From the NCBI GenBank assembly GCA_030637025.1, contig DAOVVV010000015.1, forward strand, positions 1 through 57,080: a stretch of 57,080 nucleotides of DNA, written 5' to 3'. The notes below the pieces were generated by a model. The model was not told where the DNA came from. It did not search any database and was given only the letters and a program-made list of their open reading frames with translations. The translations under genes and the position numbers were made by a program. Of the stretch, positions 45,473 to 55,430 are shown in pieces; the stretch's first letter is position 1, and the number at the start of each line of letters is the position of its first letter. Origin of the DNA: Clostridia bacterium. GTDB taxonomy: Bacteria; CBDUZB01; JAGLHV01.

Positions 45473-47146
45473 TTATTCTCTAACAAGATATTCTTTTTTA
45501 TAACCAGCTATAAACGCTTCTGCACACTTAATATCAAATTGGGATTTTTCATTATTTTTTATTTCACGCATAGCTACAATATCAGATTCTTGTTTTCTAT
45601 AAAGCCTGGGAGAAGTTATAGAATCAAAAGCATCGGCTACAGAAAGAATCCGGCTAATCAAAGGAATTTCCCCTCCTTTTAATCCATCCGGATACCCTGT
45701 TCCATCTAATCTTTCATGATGATAACGAATAATAGGAATAATTTCTTTTAATTCTTCTATGGGACTCAATATTTCAGCCCCCATAATTGGATGTTTTTTT
45801 AGTATTATCCAATCCTCTTTTGACAAACTTCCCTCTTTTTCTAAAATACTTTCCGGAATTCCTATCTTTCCTATATCATGTAACAATCCGGCCAATTGTA
45901 CTTTTCTTTTTTCTTCCATAGAAAAATTTAATTCCCGGGCAATAATCAAGGCATATTTTACTACTCGTTCAGAATGACCTCTTGTATAAGGATGTTTAGC
46001 ATCTATAGCTGTCGCTAACGACTTAACTACTGCCATACCCATATTATTTAATTTGTGATACAATTTTGCTTTTTCTATAGCCAATGCCGCCTGTGAAGAT
46101 AAAGTTTTAAGTAATACCAAATCAGTAGAAGTAAAAGTTCCTCTTCCCTTTTTATTCATAACCTCTGTTACCCCGATAATTCTATTTTCTACTTTTAAAG
46201 GAACACACATAATGGATTTAGTTTCAAATCCTGAAAAACGGTCCATTTTTTTACAAAACCGCTGATCGTTACTTACATCGCTAACTAACGCATCTTTACC
46301 GGTCTGTGCTACCCAATCCGCAACACCTTCTCCTTTGGTCAAATAAGACCGTTCTATTTTTTCTGTTTTCTCACCCTGAGCAGATTCAAAATAAAGCTGT
46401 CTCTTTTCTTCATCAAGCAAAAGCAACGAGGCTGCTTCACCATTCAGCATCTTCATGGCTAATTGCATCACTACATCCAGTAGTACTTTAAGTTCTAATG
46501 TAGAATTAATCAGCTCTGTTGCTCTAATAAAACTATTTAACTCCAAAATCTTCTGATTACGCTCACTAACTAATTTAGCATTTTCTATTACAAACCCTAT
46601 TTTATTAGATAAAGAACTAATTAAATCTACCTCTTCCTGAGAAAAAGAAGAATTCTCAGGTTTTTTATTAAAAATTCCGATTACTCCCATGTTCTGGTTT
46701 TTACTCTTTAAAGGAACATAGAGAAAATTCCTTAATGGAAAACCTATATAAATTTCCAGCTCTTTTTCAAATTCTATTTTCTCTGATGGGGAAATATTCC
46801 CTACTATTGAGCCTTCTTTATTAACCATTTCTTTTAATGTGCTTATTTCTCCTATTTCTTTATCTTCTAAAATTTCTCCTTTTTGTTTTTTTTCTTCATC
46901 TCCCCAATTTGAACAATTAATTTTAAATTCATTTTTTTCTTTTCCGGTTAAACCAATTAAAATACATTCTGCGTTAATTAGCTCCAAAATTAAATCCATT
47001 ACTTTATTCATTGTAACATCTAACTGTTCATTTAAATCAATCGTTTCATTAATTTTTTCCAAAGCATTCAACTTGAACTCCAGTTTCTCTACTGTTTTCT
47101 GTAAATCGTTCAGCTTATCTTCTTTTTTCCCTATTTTCCATCCCAT
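45473..47146 (-). CDS. GAF-GAF-HD-GYP phosphodiesterase
   Basis: Two GAF domains; YTRGHSERV, LLHDIGK, HHERLDGTGYP. Confidence 0.92.
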   Translation of the reverse strand: MGWKIGKKEDKLNDLQKTVEKLEFKLNALEKINETIDLNEQLDVTMNKVMDLILELINAECILIGLTGKEKNEFKINCSNWGDEEKKQKGEILEDKEIGEISTLKEMVNKEGSIVGNISPSEKIEFEKELEIYIGFPLRNFLYVPLKSKNQNMGVIGIFNKKPENSSFSQEEVDLISSLSNKIGFVIENAKLVSERNQKILELNSFIRATELINSTLELKVLLDVVMQLAMKMLNGEAASLLLLDEEKRQLYFESAQGEKTEKIERSYLTKGEGVADWVAQTGKDALVSDVSNDQRFCKKMDRFSGFETKSIMCVPLKVENRIIGVTEVMNKKGRGTFTSTDLVLLKTLSSQAALAIEKAKLYHKLNNMGMAVVKSLATAIDAKHPYTRGHSERVVKYALIIARELNFSMEEKRKVQLAGLLHDIGKIGIPESILEKEGSLSKEDWIILKKHPIMGAEILSPIEELKEIIPIIRYHHERLDGTGYPDGLKGGEIPLISRILSVADAFDSITSPRLYRKQESDIVAMREIKNNEKSQFDIKCAEAFIAGYKKEYLVRE

Positions 47147-47171
47147 TATAATTATTTGCTCCCTTCTTTTT

Positions 47172-47825
47172 TCAATCTCTCTCTCTTTGTCTCTTACATT
47201 TTATCCTTAACGGACAGTTTTCACATAAAGGAATAGTTTTACAAAAATTTTTTCCCAATTCTACAATTAAAGCATGAAATCGTTTATACAAAGATACATC
47301 TTTTTTCAAATTAACTTGAAAAAATGATTGTAATTCATCATAACTGACTGAATTGGTAATTCCTAATCGTAAACACATCCTTTTAGTATAGGCATCAATA
47401 ACAAAAATTAATTTATTCCCTGCGTATAAAAGCATCGAATCCGCTGTTTCTTTCCCAATTCCTTTACACAACAAGAGTTCCTGCCGAATTATATATGTGT
47501 CACGATTAAAGAAACTATTCAAATCACCATCATATTTTATATATAAATATTTACTAAATTCTGAAAGATATCCTGCCTTTTGTTTATAAAAACCCGAAGG
47601 AAGAATTGCTTTTTCTAATCTGTTCCGGTTAACTCTGGATAAACTTTTTATATTAAGCAATTTTTTTACTTTCAGATTTTTTATTGCTTTTTCTACATTA
47701 CCCCATGATGTATTCTGAGTAAGAAGCGCTCCTACCATTATTTCAAATGCAGTTTCATGCGGCCACCAACAATCCTTACACTCAAAATATTCCAATAATT
47801 TTTTATAAATAACTAATAAATCCAT
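47172..47825 (-). CDS. Endonuclease III-related HhH-GPD DNA glycosylase
   Basis: LTQNTSW.NV, KGIGKETADS, VIDAY, C-terminal C-X5-C-X2-C-X5-C FeS-like motif. Confidence 0.9.
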   Translation of the reverse strand: MDLLVIYKKLLEYFECKDCWWPHETAFEIMVGALLTQNTSWGNVEKAIKNLKVKKLLNIKSLSRVNRNRLEKAILPSGFYKQKAGYLSEFSKYLYIKYDGDLNSFFNRDTYIIRQELLLCKGIGKETADSMLLYAGNKLIFVIDAYTKRMCLRLGITNSVSYDELQSFFQVNLKKDVSLYKRFHALIVELGKNFCKTIPLCENCPLRIKCKRQRERD

Positions 47826-47866
47826 AAGTTCTAACTATTCTTTTTCTATTTTATACTACCTGCGAA

Positions 47867-48064
47867 ATCAACTACCCCACAGCAAGCTACGGAAAATTAC
47901 ACACTCGACCCTTCGCTTCCCTACGGTCTCTCAGGATCAATTCGACTACAGAGTTTTTGTCAGCTTAGCTGCAGGGAATTACACACTCGACCCTTCGCTT
48001 CCCTACGGTCTCTCAGGATCAATTCGACTACAGAGTTTTTGTCAGCTTAGCTGACAAAAACTCT
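47867..48064. repeat. 82-bp-period tandem duplication ending in a 16-bp perfect inverted repeat
   Basis: 47895-47971 identical to 47977-48053; AGAGTTTTTGTCAGCT-T-AGCTGACAAAAACTCT at 48032-48064. Confidence 0.9.
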
Positions 48065-49298
48065 AAGTCTCATTGAAAAGAGATAATTGTTCCTTTTCTT
48101 TTTTATTCCGTAAAATCTTTATTTTTCCATAAACACCATCGTACCCGGGAAGAATTTCCACCTGCTTCTCCCTTACCATAACAATACCCTCGGAAATCTC
48201 AGGCAAAGTGACTTTATCTAATTTTTCTTTGGAAACATTCATCAAAATATCAAATTCCGTTCCTAGTTGATTAATTAACTTATTATATTCCCTTTCCACT
48301 CTTATTGTTCCTATCCCTGTATTAAGCATTTGAGAAATTATTTCCTGCAAAGGAATTAAATGTTTAAAAGGAATCGCCGTTGAAGGAATAAACCGGGAAT
48401 TTCTATCAGCAAGCTGATTAATTCTATGCATTACCCCGATAGTTATTTTTTTTCTACAAAAAGGACATAGATTGCTATTGTTTAGTGCTTCCCGGGGAGA
48501 TAATCTTACCTTACATTTTCTATGCCCGTCAAAATGATATTTCCCTTCTTCCGGAAAAAATTCTATGGTGTATAAAAACTTCTTTTTATCTTTGGTCTTC
48601 AAAACTTTTAAAATATCATTATAATCCAATTGGCAATTAAAAACATTTGCTTCCCTTCCTATTTTAGAAGGAGAATGGCTATCGGAATTAGAAATAAGTG
48701 AATATCTATCTAAACAAGAAAGCTGCCAATTCATCTCCGGATCAGAAGAAAGTCCTGTTTCCAGAGCATAAATATTTTTTGCCTGTTCTTTAAAACATTC
48801 TCCTATATTATCAAACCCGGAACTAGCTCCAAACAAAGAAAAATGCGGAGTCCAGATATGTGCCGGAACAAGAAAACACTCTTCCGATATATCAAGAATT
48901 ATTTTTACTAAACTTTCAGCCTCTAACTTAAGTATAGGACGCCCATCCGCACTAAGATTTCCATATTTGGATAGAGCTTTATTTATTTTTTCTACTACTT
49001 CAAAACTTGGCGCAAAAAGAATAATATGAACTTTTTTCGCTTTCCCCTTATCATAAAAAATAGTACATATTTCGGTAGTAAGTACAAAATGTACATCTTT
49101 ATAAATAAAAATCCCATTTTCGCAAGGCTTAAGATTATCTTTAAGTTCAACCAGCCACTGCGGATGGGTAAAATCACCGGTTCCTAATAAATCAACCCCT
49201 TTTACTTTAGCAAACCTGGCTAAGTTTTCCAGGTCCATATTAGGACTGGTAGCACGGCTATATTTAGAATGTATATGAAAATCAGCAATAAACACCAT
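48063..49298 (-). CDS. Endonuclease Q family (PHP domain) protein
   Basis: ADFHIHSKYSRATS, GTGDFTHP, PAHIWTP, ETGLSSD, NSDSHS, GKYH.DGHR.C, PGYDGVYG. Confidence 0.9.
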   Translation of the reverse strand: MVFIADFHIHSKYSRATSPNMDLENLARFAKVKGVDLLGTGDFTHPQWLVELKDNLKPCENGIFIYKDVHFVLTTEICTIFYDKGKAKKVHIILFAPSFEVVEKINKALSKYGNLSADGRPILKLEAESLVKIILDISEECFLVPAHIWTPHFSLFGASSGFDNIGECFKEQAKNIYALETGLSSDPEMNWQLSCLDRYSLISNSDSHSPSKIGREANVFNCQLDYNDILKVLKTKDKKKFLYTIEFFPEEGKYHFDGHRKCKVRLSPREALNNSNLCPFCRKKITIGVMHRINQLADRNSRFIPSTAIPFKHLIPLQEIISQMLNTGIGTIRVEREYNKLINQLGTEFDILMNVSKEKLDKVTLPEISEGIVMVREKQVEILPGYDGVYGKIKILRNKKEKEQLSLFNET

Positions 49299-49709
49299 TT
49301 TTTATGTTCTCTTCACTCAGCCAAAGCAACGATTCCCCCGTCATCTGTATAATTAAGATAATAAACAACACCCCTCTATAACAAATATTATACCACAAAT
49401 GGGTTTTTGTCAAGAAAATAGATGAGAAGGTTAGTATCAGATTTTCAAAAAAGTTAGTGTAATATTTAGGGGGGGGGATATTAAGAAAAAGTGTAGAGTT
49501 CTCTCTATCAAAAAAATCTCAGGGGTTTAATCCCCAAAAGGAGACATCACTACACTAATGAGCCGTCTCCTAATTTTTACCATAATTTTCATTACCTTAT
49601 CCCGTTTTTTACCAAATTTCTTAATTTCTTAAAAATGGAACTGTCCCTATTTATATAATTTTTTTATTCGTTCCTCTTTGGGTAATATGCTGTGGATATT
49701 GTGATAGAA

Positions 49710-51659
49710 TTACTTACGCATCTTTTTCATATATCTTTTTAGCCCTAAAAGCATAGCTCTTGCACAAGCCTCTTGGAACTCTTCGGTTTTTAAGAGAGCT
49801 TCTTCTTCGGGTATCATCATATATACAGATTCTGTGAGTACAGTAGGCATTTGCGAAGGACGAACTAATGCTAAATTCCCGTAATGAAGTCCGTCATTAC
49901 GTAAAGAATACAATGAAGTACTATTTTCTCCGATAACTTCATCATATGCTTTTAATATTTCTTCCGCCAAATTATAACTGTGAGGATGAAAGTAATATAT
50001 TCCATAGCCGTTTTCTTCAAAAGGATTTTTACCATCCGGCAAAGCATTGTTATGAACACTTATTAATATATCAGCCCTTGCGTTCCATGCACGTCGCGGC
50101 CGTTCATATAAACTAACCGATTCATCTAAACCTTTCCGTATCATTATGACCTCTGCTTTTTCCTGTATGAGTAGTTTTTTTAATCTTTGAGCAATAATCC
50201 AATTAATATCTTTTTCTAAAAGTCCTGTTGGACCAATTGCTCCCGTATCCGGACAATGCCCTGCATCAACTGCTACTCTAATTCCTTCCAATACATGTGT
50301 AGTTTTAAGTATTGGTGGACTACAAAGTTCTAATACAAAATCCGTTTCTTCATAACGTGCATCATATCCCCACCAACTATTTTTTGGAGTATAAACTCTT
50401 AATCTATATGTCTCAATGTCATCCTGAAACCACTGTGTTTGATTAACAATAGTTGAAGTAGTGCTATATTTAACCCAGCTTGTATCAGATATTACCCCAA
50501 AAAGGCTTATATCAATAACTTCTCCGTTAATGTCTGTCTTTACTTCGTAAGGAACTCTTTCATCTAAATTTATTCGAACAATTGTATTCTTATCGTTGTT
50601 TATTCCAATAAAGACACTTCCTGCTATACAATCATGTATAGCAGTCCCTAAGGGTAAGGGCGATACTTTATCTTTATCTATCCATCCTTCCCGTTTAGTA
50701 TTTAGATATATTTTATATTCATTTCCTATTTCGCCAATAATTTTTAATTTAGTGGCTATATATGGAAACAGCATATATCCGGCATTATTATTTATTGATA
50801 ATCTTGGACCGGCTTTTATTACCGCATTATCGGTTGATACCTCAACACTATATGGAATATCATTATTAAATCGGGATATTCTTCCTTTAGCATATTTTGA
50901 AACTTTCTTTTTTAACCTTTTATTGACCAAAGTAACTTTAATACGCGAATTTTTTAGTTTATCATTATCTTTGATTTTATATATGCCTTTATATATTCCT
51001 GAAACATTAGAGTTTGTTTCTCCTATAGGAAATTTACCCTTTATACCTTTTATAGTAAAAAATGCTTGAGAACCGGGACTCCCTTTACAAAGTATTTGGA
51101 TAATATCTCCCGTTTGAAGTGACATCTCATATCGGGGCTTAATATAATCAATTGTAACCGGGGAAACCGGTAATGGGTCATCGGGCGGAGTAATAAAAAT
51201 ATTTCTCACCTCAGAATAACAAGTATTATCGAACAAAAGTTCAGCAGTAATTGTAAAAGGCCCTGGGGTATAATCTAACATAGTTAAGAACCCACCCTCA
51301 GGATGAATCGGAACTTCTGCGCCATTTATTGTTAAAGTACTATTAGGTACTGCCCAGCCAAAAACAAATGATGATTCTACATATGGCAAATGTATTCCTT
51401 CGGGTGGATATACAATATGGATAGGCATTGTGCTTACATATATACCAGAAAGAATTTTTGTTATGTCCGTTGATATATTATTTATGTAGGTTTCATTTAA
51501 AGAATGATTATTTGAAGTATTAATATTTTCTGCATGCACTAAACTACTGATTAAAAAATAAAGTACCAAAGCTAAAACTACCTTATAAAAGTATTTATAC
51601 ATAATAAAAACACGCCTTTGTTTTTTTTCATTTTTTAGAAAGACAGTCTTCTTTACCAT
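49710..51659 (-). CDS. N-acetylmuramoyl-L-alanine amidase (Amidase_3) with N-terminal beta-rich domains
   Basis: VDAGH...EKDIN, ISVHNNA, VLTE; N-terminal signal/TM segment. Confidence 0.88.
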   Translation of the reverse strand: MVKKTVFLKNEKKQRRVFIMYKYFYKVVLALVLYFLISSLVHAENINTSNNHSLNETYINNISTDITKILSGIYVSTMPIHIVYPPEGIHLPYVESSFVFGWAVPNSTLTINGAEVPIHPEGGFLTMLDYTPGPFTITAELLFDNTCYSEVRNIFITPPDDPLPVSPVTIDYIKPRYEMSLQTGDIIQILCKGSPGSQAFFTIKGIKGKFPIGETNSNVSGIYKGIYKIKDNDKLKNSRIKVTLVNKRLKKKVSKYAKGRISRFNNDIPYSVEVSTDNAVIKAGPRLSINNNAGYMLFPYIATKLKIIGEIGNEYKIYLNTKREGWIDKDKVSPLPLGTAIHDCIAGSVFIGINNDKNTIVRINLDERVPYEVKTDINGEVIDISLFGVISDTSWVKYSTTSTIVNQTQWFQDDIETYRLRVYTPKNSWWGYDARYEETDFVLELCSPPILKTTHVLEGIRVAVDAGHCPDTGAIGPTGLLEKDINWIIAQRLKKLLIQEKAEVIMIRKGLDESVSLYERPRRAWNARADILISVHNNALPDGKNPFEENGYGIYYFHPHSYNLAEEILKAYDEVIGENSTSLYSLRNDGLHYGNLALVRPSQMPTVLTESVYMMIPEEEALLKTEEFQEACARAMLLGLKRYMKKMRK

Positions 51660-51818
51660 TTTCTTCCCCTTTAATTTTTTATTCTACCAATTAAAACAAA
51701 CCGGAAGTATTGCGTTTTTTAAAATATCATATTTTTAGAGAACATACAAGCACAAGATAAAGTCAAAGATAAAGGAGACCGGCCTCGTTGTTCTTTACAG
51801 GTAATATCTCCCCTAATC

Positions 51819-53798
51819 CTATTTCTTCTTCTTACATTCCTCAATCTTATCCCTTAAAATTATGGCTAATTCAAAATCCAGTTTATCTGCTGCTCCCTTC
51901 ATTTGATTTTTCAAATCACTCAATATCCGGCCCTTTTCTTTTTGAGACAAAAATCCGAAACCCTCTTGAAAAACAAAGGAGGATATTTCCTGTTTTTCAC
52001 TTTTATATTCTTCTAATCCCTCATGAATAGCTTTTTGAATAGTTTGCGGAGTAATTTTATACTGCTCATTATATTCTGTTTGTATTTTTCTTCTTCTCTG
52101 GGTTTCATTAATAGCCCTCTTCATAGAACCGGTTATAGAATCCGCATACATTATTACTTCTCCATCCACATTCCTCGCCGCCCTGCCACAAACCTGGATT
52201 AAAGAAGTATCACTGCGTAGGAATCCTTCTTTATCGGCATCTAAAACTATTACCAAAGAAACCTCCGGCAAATCCAAACCTTCCCTTAAAAGATTTATTC
52301 CCACCAAAACATCAAAATCTCCTTTACGCAAGGATTGTAAAATTTCTATCCGTTTTAAAACATTAATTTCCGAATGCAGATACCTTACACATAACCCTTT
52401 CCGGAGGAGATAATCACACAAATCCTCCGCCATTCTTTTAGTAAGGGTAGTTATTAATGTTCTTTGTTTTTTAGCAACCCGTTGCTTTATCTGAAAAACT
52501 AAATCTTCTATCTGTCCTTGAATAGGTTTTACCGTTATTTGAGGGTCTATCAATCCCGTAGGCCGGATAATTTGTTCTATAAATTTTCCCTTACTTTTTC
52601 CTAATTCATACGGCCCGGGAGTAGCTGAAACATAAATTACCTGATTGATTAATTTTTCAAATTCATTAAATTTTAAAGGACGGTTATCTAAAGCACTGGG
52701 AAGTCGAAATCCATAATTTATTAAATTTTCTTTACGTGCTTTATCTCCTGCATACATTCCTCTTATTTGAGGAACAGCCACATGAGATTCATCAATAATT
52801 AAAAGAAAATCTTTGGAAAAATAATTAATCAGACAAGCCGGCGCCTCCCCTGGTTTTCTCCCTGATAGATGCCGGGAATAATTTTCCACACCGTGACAAG
52901 TTCCTATTTCCTGCAACATTTCTATATCATTATTAGTACGCATTTTTATTCTCTCCGCTTCCAGTAGTTTATCTTTACCGATAAACCACTGCAATCGTTC
53001 ATCTAATTCTTTCCTTATTTCTTTTATAGCTTTTTCCCTGCGGGGAGCAGTGGTAACAAAATGTTTTGCAGGATAAATATAGGCAGTATTTTTCCTTTTA
53101 AGCACTTTACCGGTTAAAGGATTTATTTCGCTAATTTTATCAATTTTATCACCAAAAAATTCAATTCGTAATGCCGTCTCCAAATAAGCGGGAAAAACCT
53201 CTATTACATCCCCTCTTACCCGAAATTTACCCCTGGAAAAATTCATATCATTCCTTTCGTATTGGATATCAATCAAACTCCGGAGCAAATCACCCTGCAT
53301 AATTATCCTTCCCTCTTGCAAACTTATCAGAGATTCTTCCCATTCTTCAGGTGAGCCAATTCCATAAATGCACGAAACCGAAGCAACAATAATCACATCT
53401 TTTCTTTCCAGAAGAGAACTGGTAGCTCTAAGTCTTAACCGGTCTATTTTTTCATTAATAGAGGAGTCTTTCTCTATATAAATATCCTTATGGGGAATAT
53501 AGGCCTCGGGTTGATAATAATCATAATAACTGACAAAATATTCTACTGCATTTTCCGGAAAAAACTGCCTGAATTCAGAATATAGTTGTGCTGCTAATGT
53601 CTTATTATGAGAAATAATTAAGGTTGGTTTATTGATTTTAGTAATTACATTAGCCATAGTAAAGGTTTTACCCGAACCGGTAACACCCAGAAGAACCTGA
53701 TATTTTTCTTTTTGCTTGATGCCTTTACTTAAAAGATCTATTGCTTGTTTTTGGTCCCCTCTGGGGATATAGTCTGTTTTCAACTTAAATCTATCCAT
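51819..53798 (-). CDS. uvrB: Excinuclease ABC subunit B
   Basis: GVTGSGKT, YYDYYQPEAY, DESH, GRAARN, UVR C-terminus. Confidence 0.98.
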   Translation of the reverse strand: MDRFKLKTDYIPRGDQKQAIDLLSKGIKQKEKYQVLLGVTGSGKTFTMANVITKINKPTLIISHNKTLAAQLYSEFRQFFPENAVEYFVSYYDYYQPEAYIPHKDIYIEKDSSINEKIDRLRLRATSSLLERKDVIIVASVSCIYGIGSPEEWEESLISLQEGRIIMQGDLLRSLIDIQYERNDMNFSRGKFRVRGDVIEVFPAYLETALRIEFFGDKIDKISEINPLTGKVLKRKNTAYIYPAKHFVTTAPRREKAIKEIRKELDERLQWFIGKDKLLEAERIKMRTNNDIEMLQEIGTCHGVENYSRHLSGRKPGEAPACLINYFSKDFLLIIDESHVAVPQIRGMYAGDKARKENLINYGFRLPSALDNRPLKFNEFEKLINQVIYVSATPGPYELGKSKGKFIEQIIRPTGLIDPQITVKPIQGQIEDLVFQIKQRVAKKQRTLITTLTKRMAEDLCDYLLRKGLCVRYLHSEINVLKRIEILQSLRKGDFDVLVGINLLREGLDLPEVSLVIVLDADKEGFLRSDTSLIQVCGRAARNVDGEVIMYADSITGSMKRAINETQRRRKIQTEYNEQYKITPQTIQKAIHEGLEEYKSEKQEISSFVFQEGFGFLSQKEKGRILSDLKNQMKGAADKLDFELAIILRDKIEECKKKK

Positions 53799-53830
53799 TT
53801 TTACTCCTGTTTAATTGCAAAATAAAAAAC

Positions 53831-54227
53831 TAAAGACAGGCACAAAGACATCAAGGCACAGAGGCACAAAGTTAAAAGACAAAGAATAAATACAAAAAGA
53901 CAGCTCCATAAAGAGATTGTTGAAAAATACAAATTTGGTAGTCGCAAACTTTAGTTTGCGTGAAAACATGGTAATATTTAATAATAATCAGCAAAACAAT
54001 TCGCCGGCTGAAGCCGTCGGCTACCGTTTTTAAACAATCTCTTTATGACGCCCGTCGGAAAAAGAATTCATTAGCCCAATCCTCCAAACATACTGGCGGA
54101 CAAGTAAATTGGGCAACTACATTGATTATGACACAATCTGGAAAGCGGGAATCTATAGAAATAGACTCCTGCTTTCGCAGGAGTGACATTGATTGATACC
54201 CCATAGCTTGCTGAGAGATAGTTAATT
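53831..54227. repeat. Cluster of juxtaposed and nested repeat elements
   Basis: Octamer block 53831-83; 21-bp IR element 53907-54047 containing a GTAG REP pair; copy of the 5027-5122 segment; GGAATC/GTGAC hairpins; IS200-end-like motif at 54195-54227. Confidence 0.75.
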
Positions 54228-54337
54228 TTAATCTTGAATTTTATTTAAATTTAAGGTATTATAAATTAATAAATTTTGTATTAACTATTTTCAATAATTT
54301 TATTATACAAAAAAACAAACGGGAAAAAAATAACAAA

Positions 54338-54745
54338 ATGAAAAAACTTAAAAAACATATAAACTCCTGGATGCCGGTATTTCTCTGGATGGGAATAATT
54401 TATCTTCTTTCCGCTACTCCTAATTTAGGTATCAATTACAAATGGGGATTCTTTTTACGCAAAATGGCTCATATAATAGAATATTTTATTCTGGTTCTTC
54501 TTCTCTGGAGAGCATTTAAAATTACTTTTTCCTGGAATAAAACAAAGATTTATTTATGGATAGGAAGCCTTACTTTCCTGTTTGCTGTTTCCGATGAACT
54601 ACACCAGAATTTTGTTGCTACCCGCTGCCCCTCACTCAGAGATGTATTAGTCGATACAATAGGGATAATACTGGCATTGATCATTATTCCTATTATAATA
54701 AAATTAAAGGAGAAAAAATTTAATTGCGTTTTTTTAAATTTTTAA
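54338..54745 (+). CDS. VanZ-like membrane protein
   Basis: RKMAHIIEY, SDELHQ.FV..R..S..DV..D. Confidence 0.88.
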   Translation: MKKLKKHINSWMPVFLWMGIIYLLSATPNLGINYKWGFFLRKMAHIIEYFILVLLLWRAFKITFSWNKTKIYLWIGSLTFLFAVSDELHQNFVATRCPSLRDVLVDTIGIILALIIIPIIIKLKEKKFNCVFLNF

Positions 54746-55419
54746 TTTCTCTCTTTCTTATCCCTGCCTGTATAGCAACTGTTGCCGGATTAATGTCTCA
54801 AGTTTTTTCTTTAGGGGGTTCCCATCTTTTAATTTATTTTATTATTGGTTTCGTTTCTTATCTGATTTTGCAGACATTTTTATTTACACCTTTACGCATA
54901 TACATTTTAGGACATGAATTAACCCATGCTCTTTGGTCTTTAGCCTTTGGCGGAAAAGTAAAAAAACTACGGGTTTTTAAAAATAGAGGAGAGGTTCAGC
55001 TTACCAAAGTCAATTTCTTAATTACCCTGGCTCCTTATTTTTTTCCTTTTTACACTTTTTTAATTTTAGCTATTTATTATTCTGTTAATTTTTTCTATCC
55101 CCTAAAACCCCTTTTTTCTCTTTTAATCTTTTTAATCGGCTTTTCATGGTCATTCCATTTATCACTTTGTTTTTTTTCATTAAGAAAAGAACAATCCGAC
55201 CTCCAAAAAGGGGGATTGTTTTTTTCCGTAGTAATTATCTGGTTAATGAATATTATTGTTTTGTCTTTAATTTTAGGTTGGACTATGATAGATTTTTTTT
55301 CTATAAGAGAATTCTTCCAGGTATCTTATATTACCACCCGGGAAATCTGGAAATGGCTCTTTAGCCATGGTAAAGAGCTGGTTATTTTTATTATCGATCA
55401 CCTTAAAAAAACTTCTTAG
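54724..55419 (+). CDS. Membrane zinc metallopeptidase-like protein (M50-like)
   Basis: GHELTH (HExxH), LAPYFFP, SD motif; multiple TM helices. Confidence 0.75.
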   Translation: MRFFKFLISLFLIPACIATVAGLMSQVFSLGGSHLLIYFIIGFVSYLILQTFLFTPLRIYILGHELTHALWSLAFGGKVKKLRVFKNRGEVQLTKVNFLITLAPYFFPFYTFLILAIYYSVNFFYPLKPLFSLLIFLIGFSWSFHLSLCFFSLRKEQSDLQKGGLFFSVVIIWLMNIIVLSLILGWTMIDFFSIREFFQVSYITTREIWKWLFSHGKELVIFIIDHLKKTS

Positions 55420-55430
55420 ACAACAAACAG

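Noticed and set aside
47895-48053. Possible CRISPR repeat pair
   Set aside because: 77-bp units separated by 5 bp; a tandem duplication
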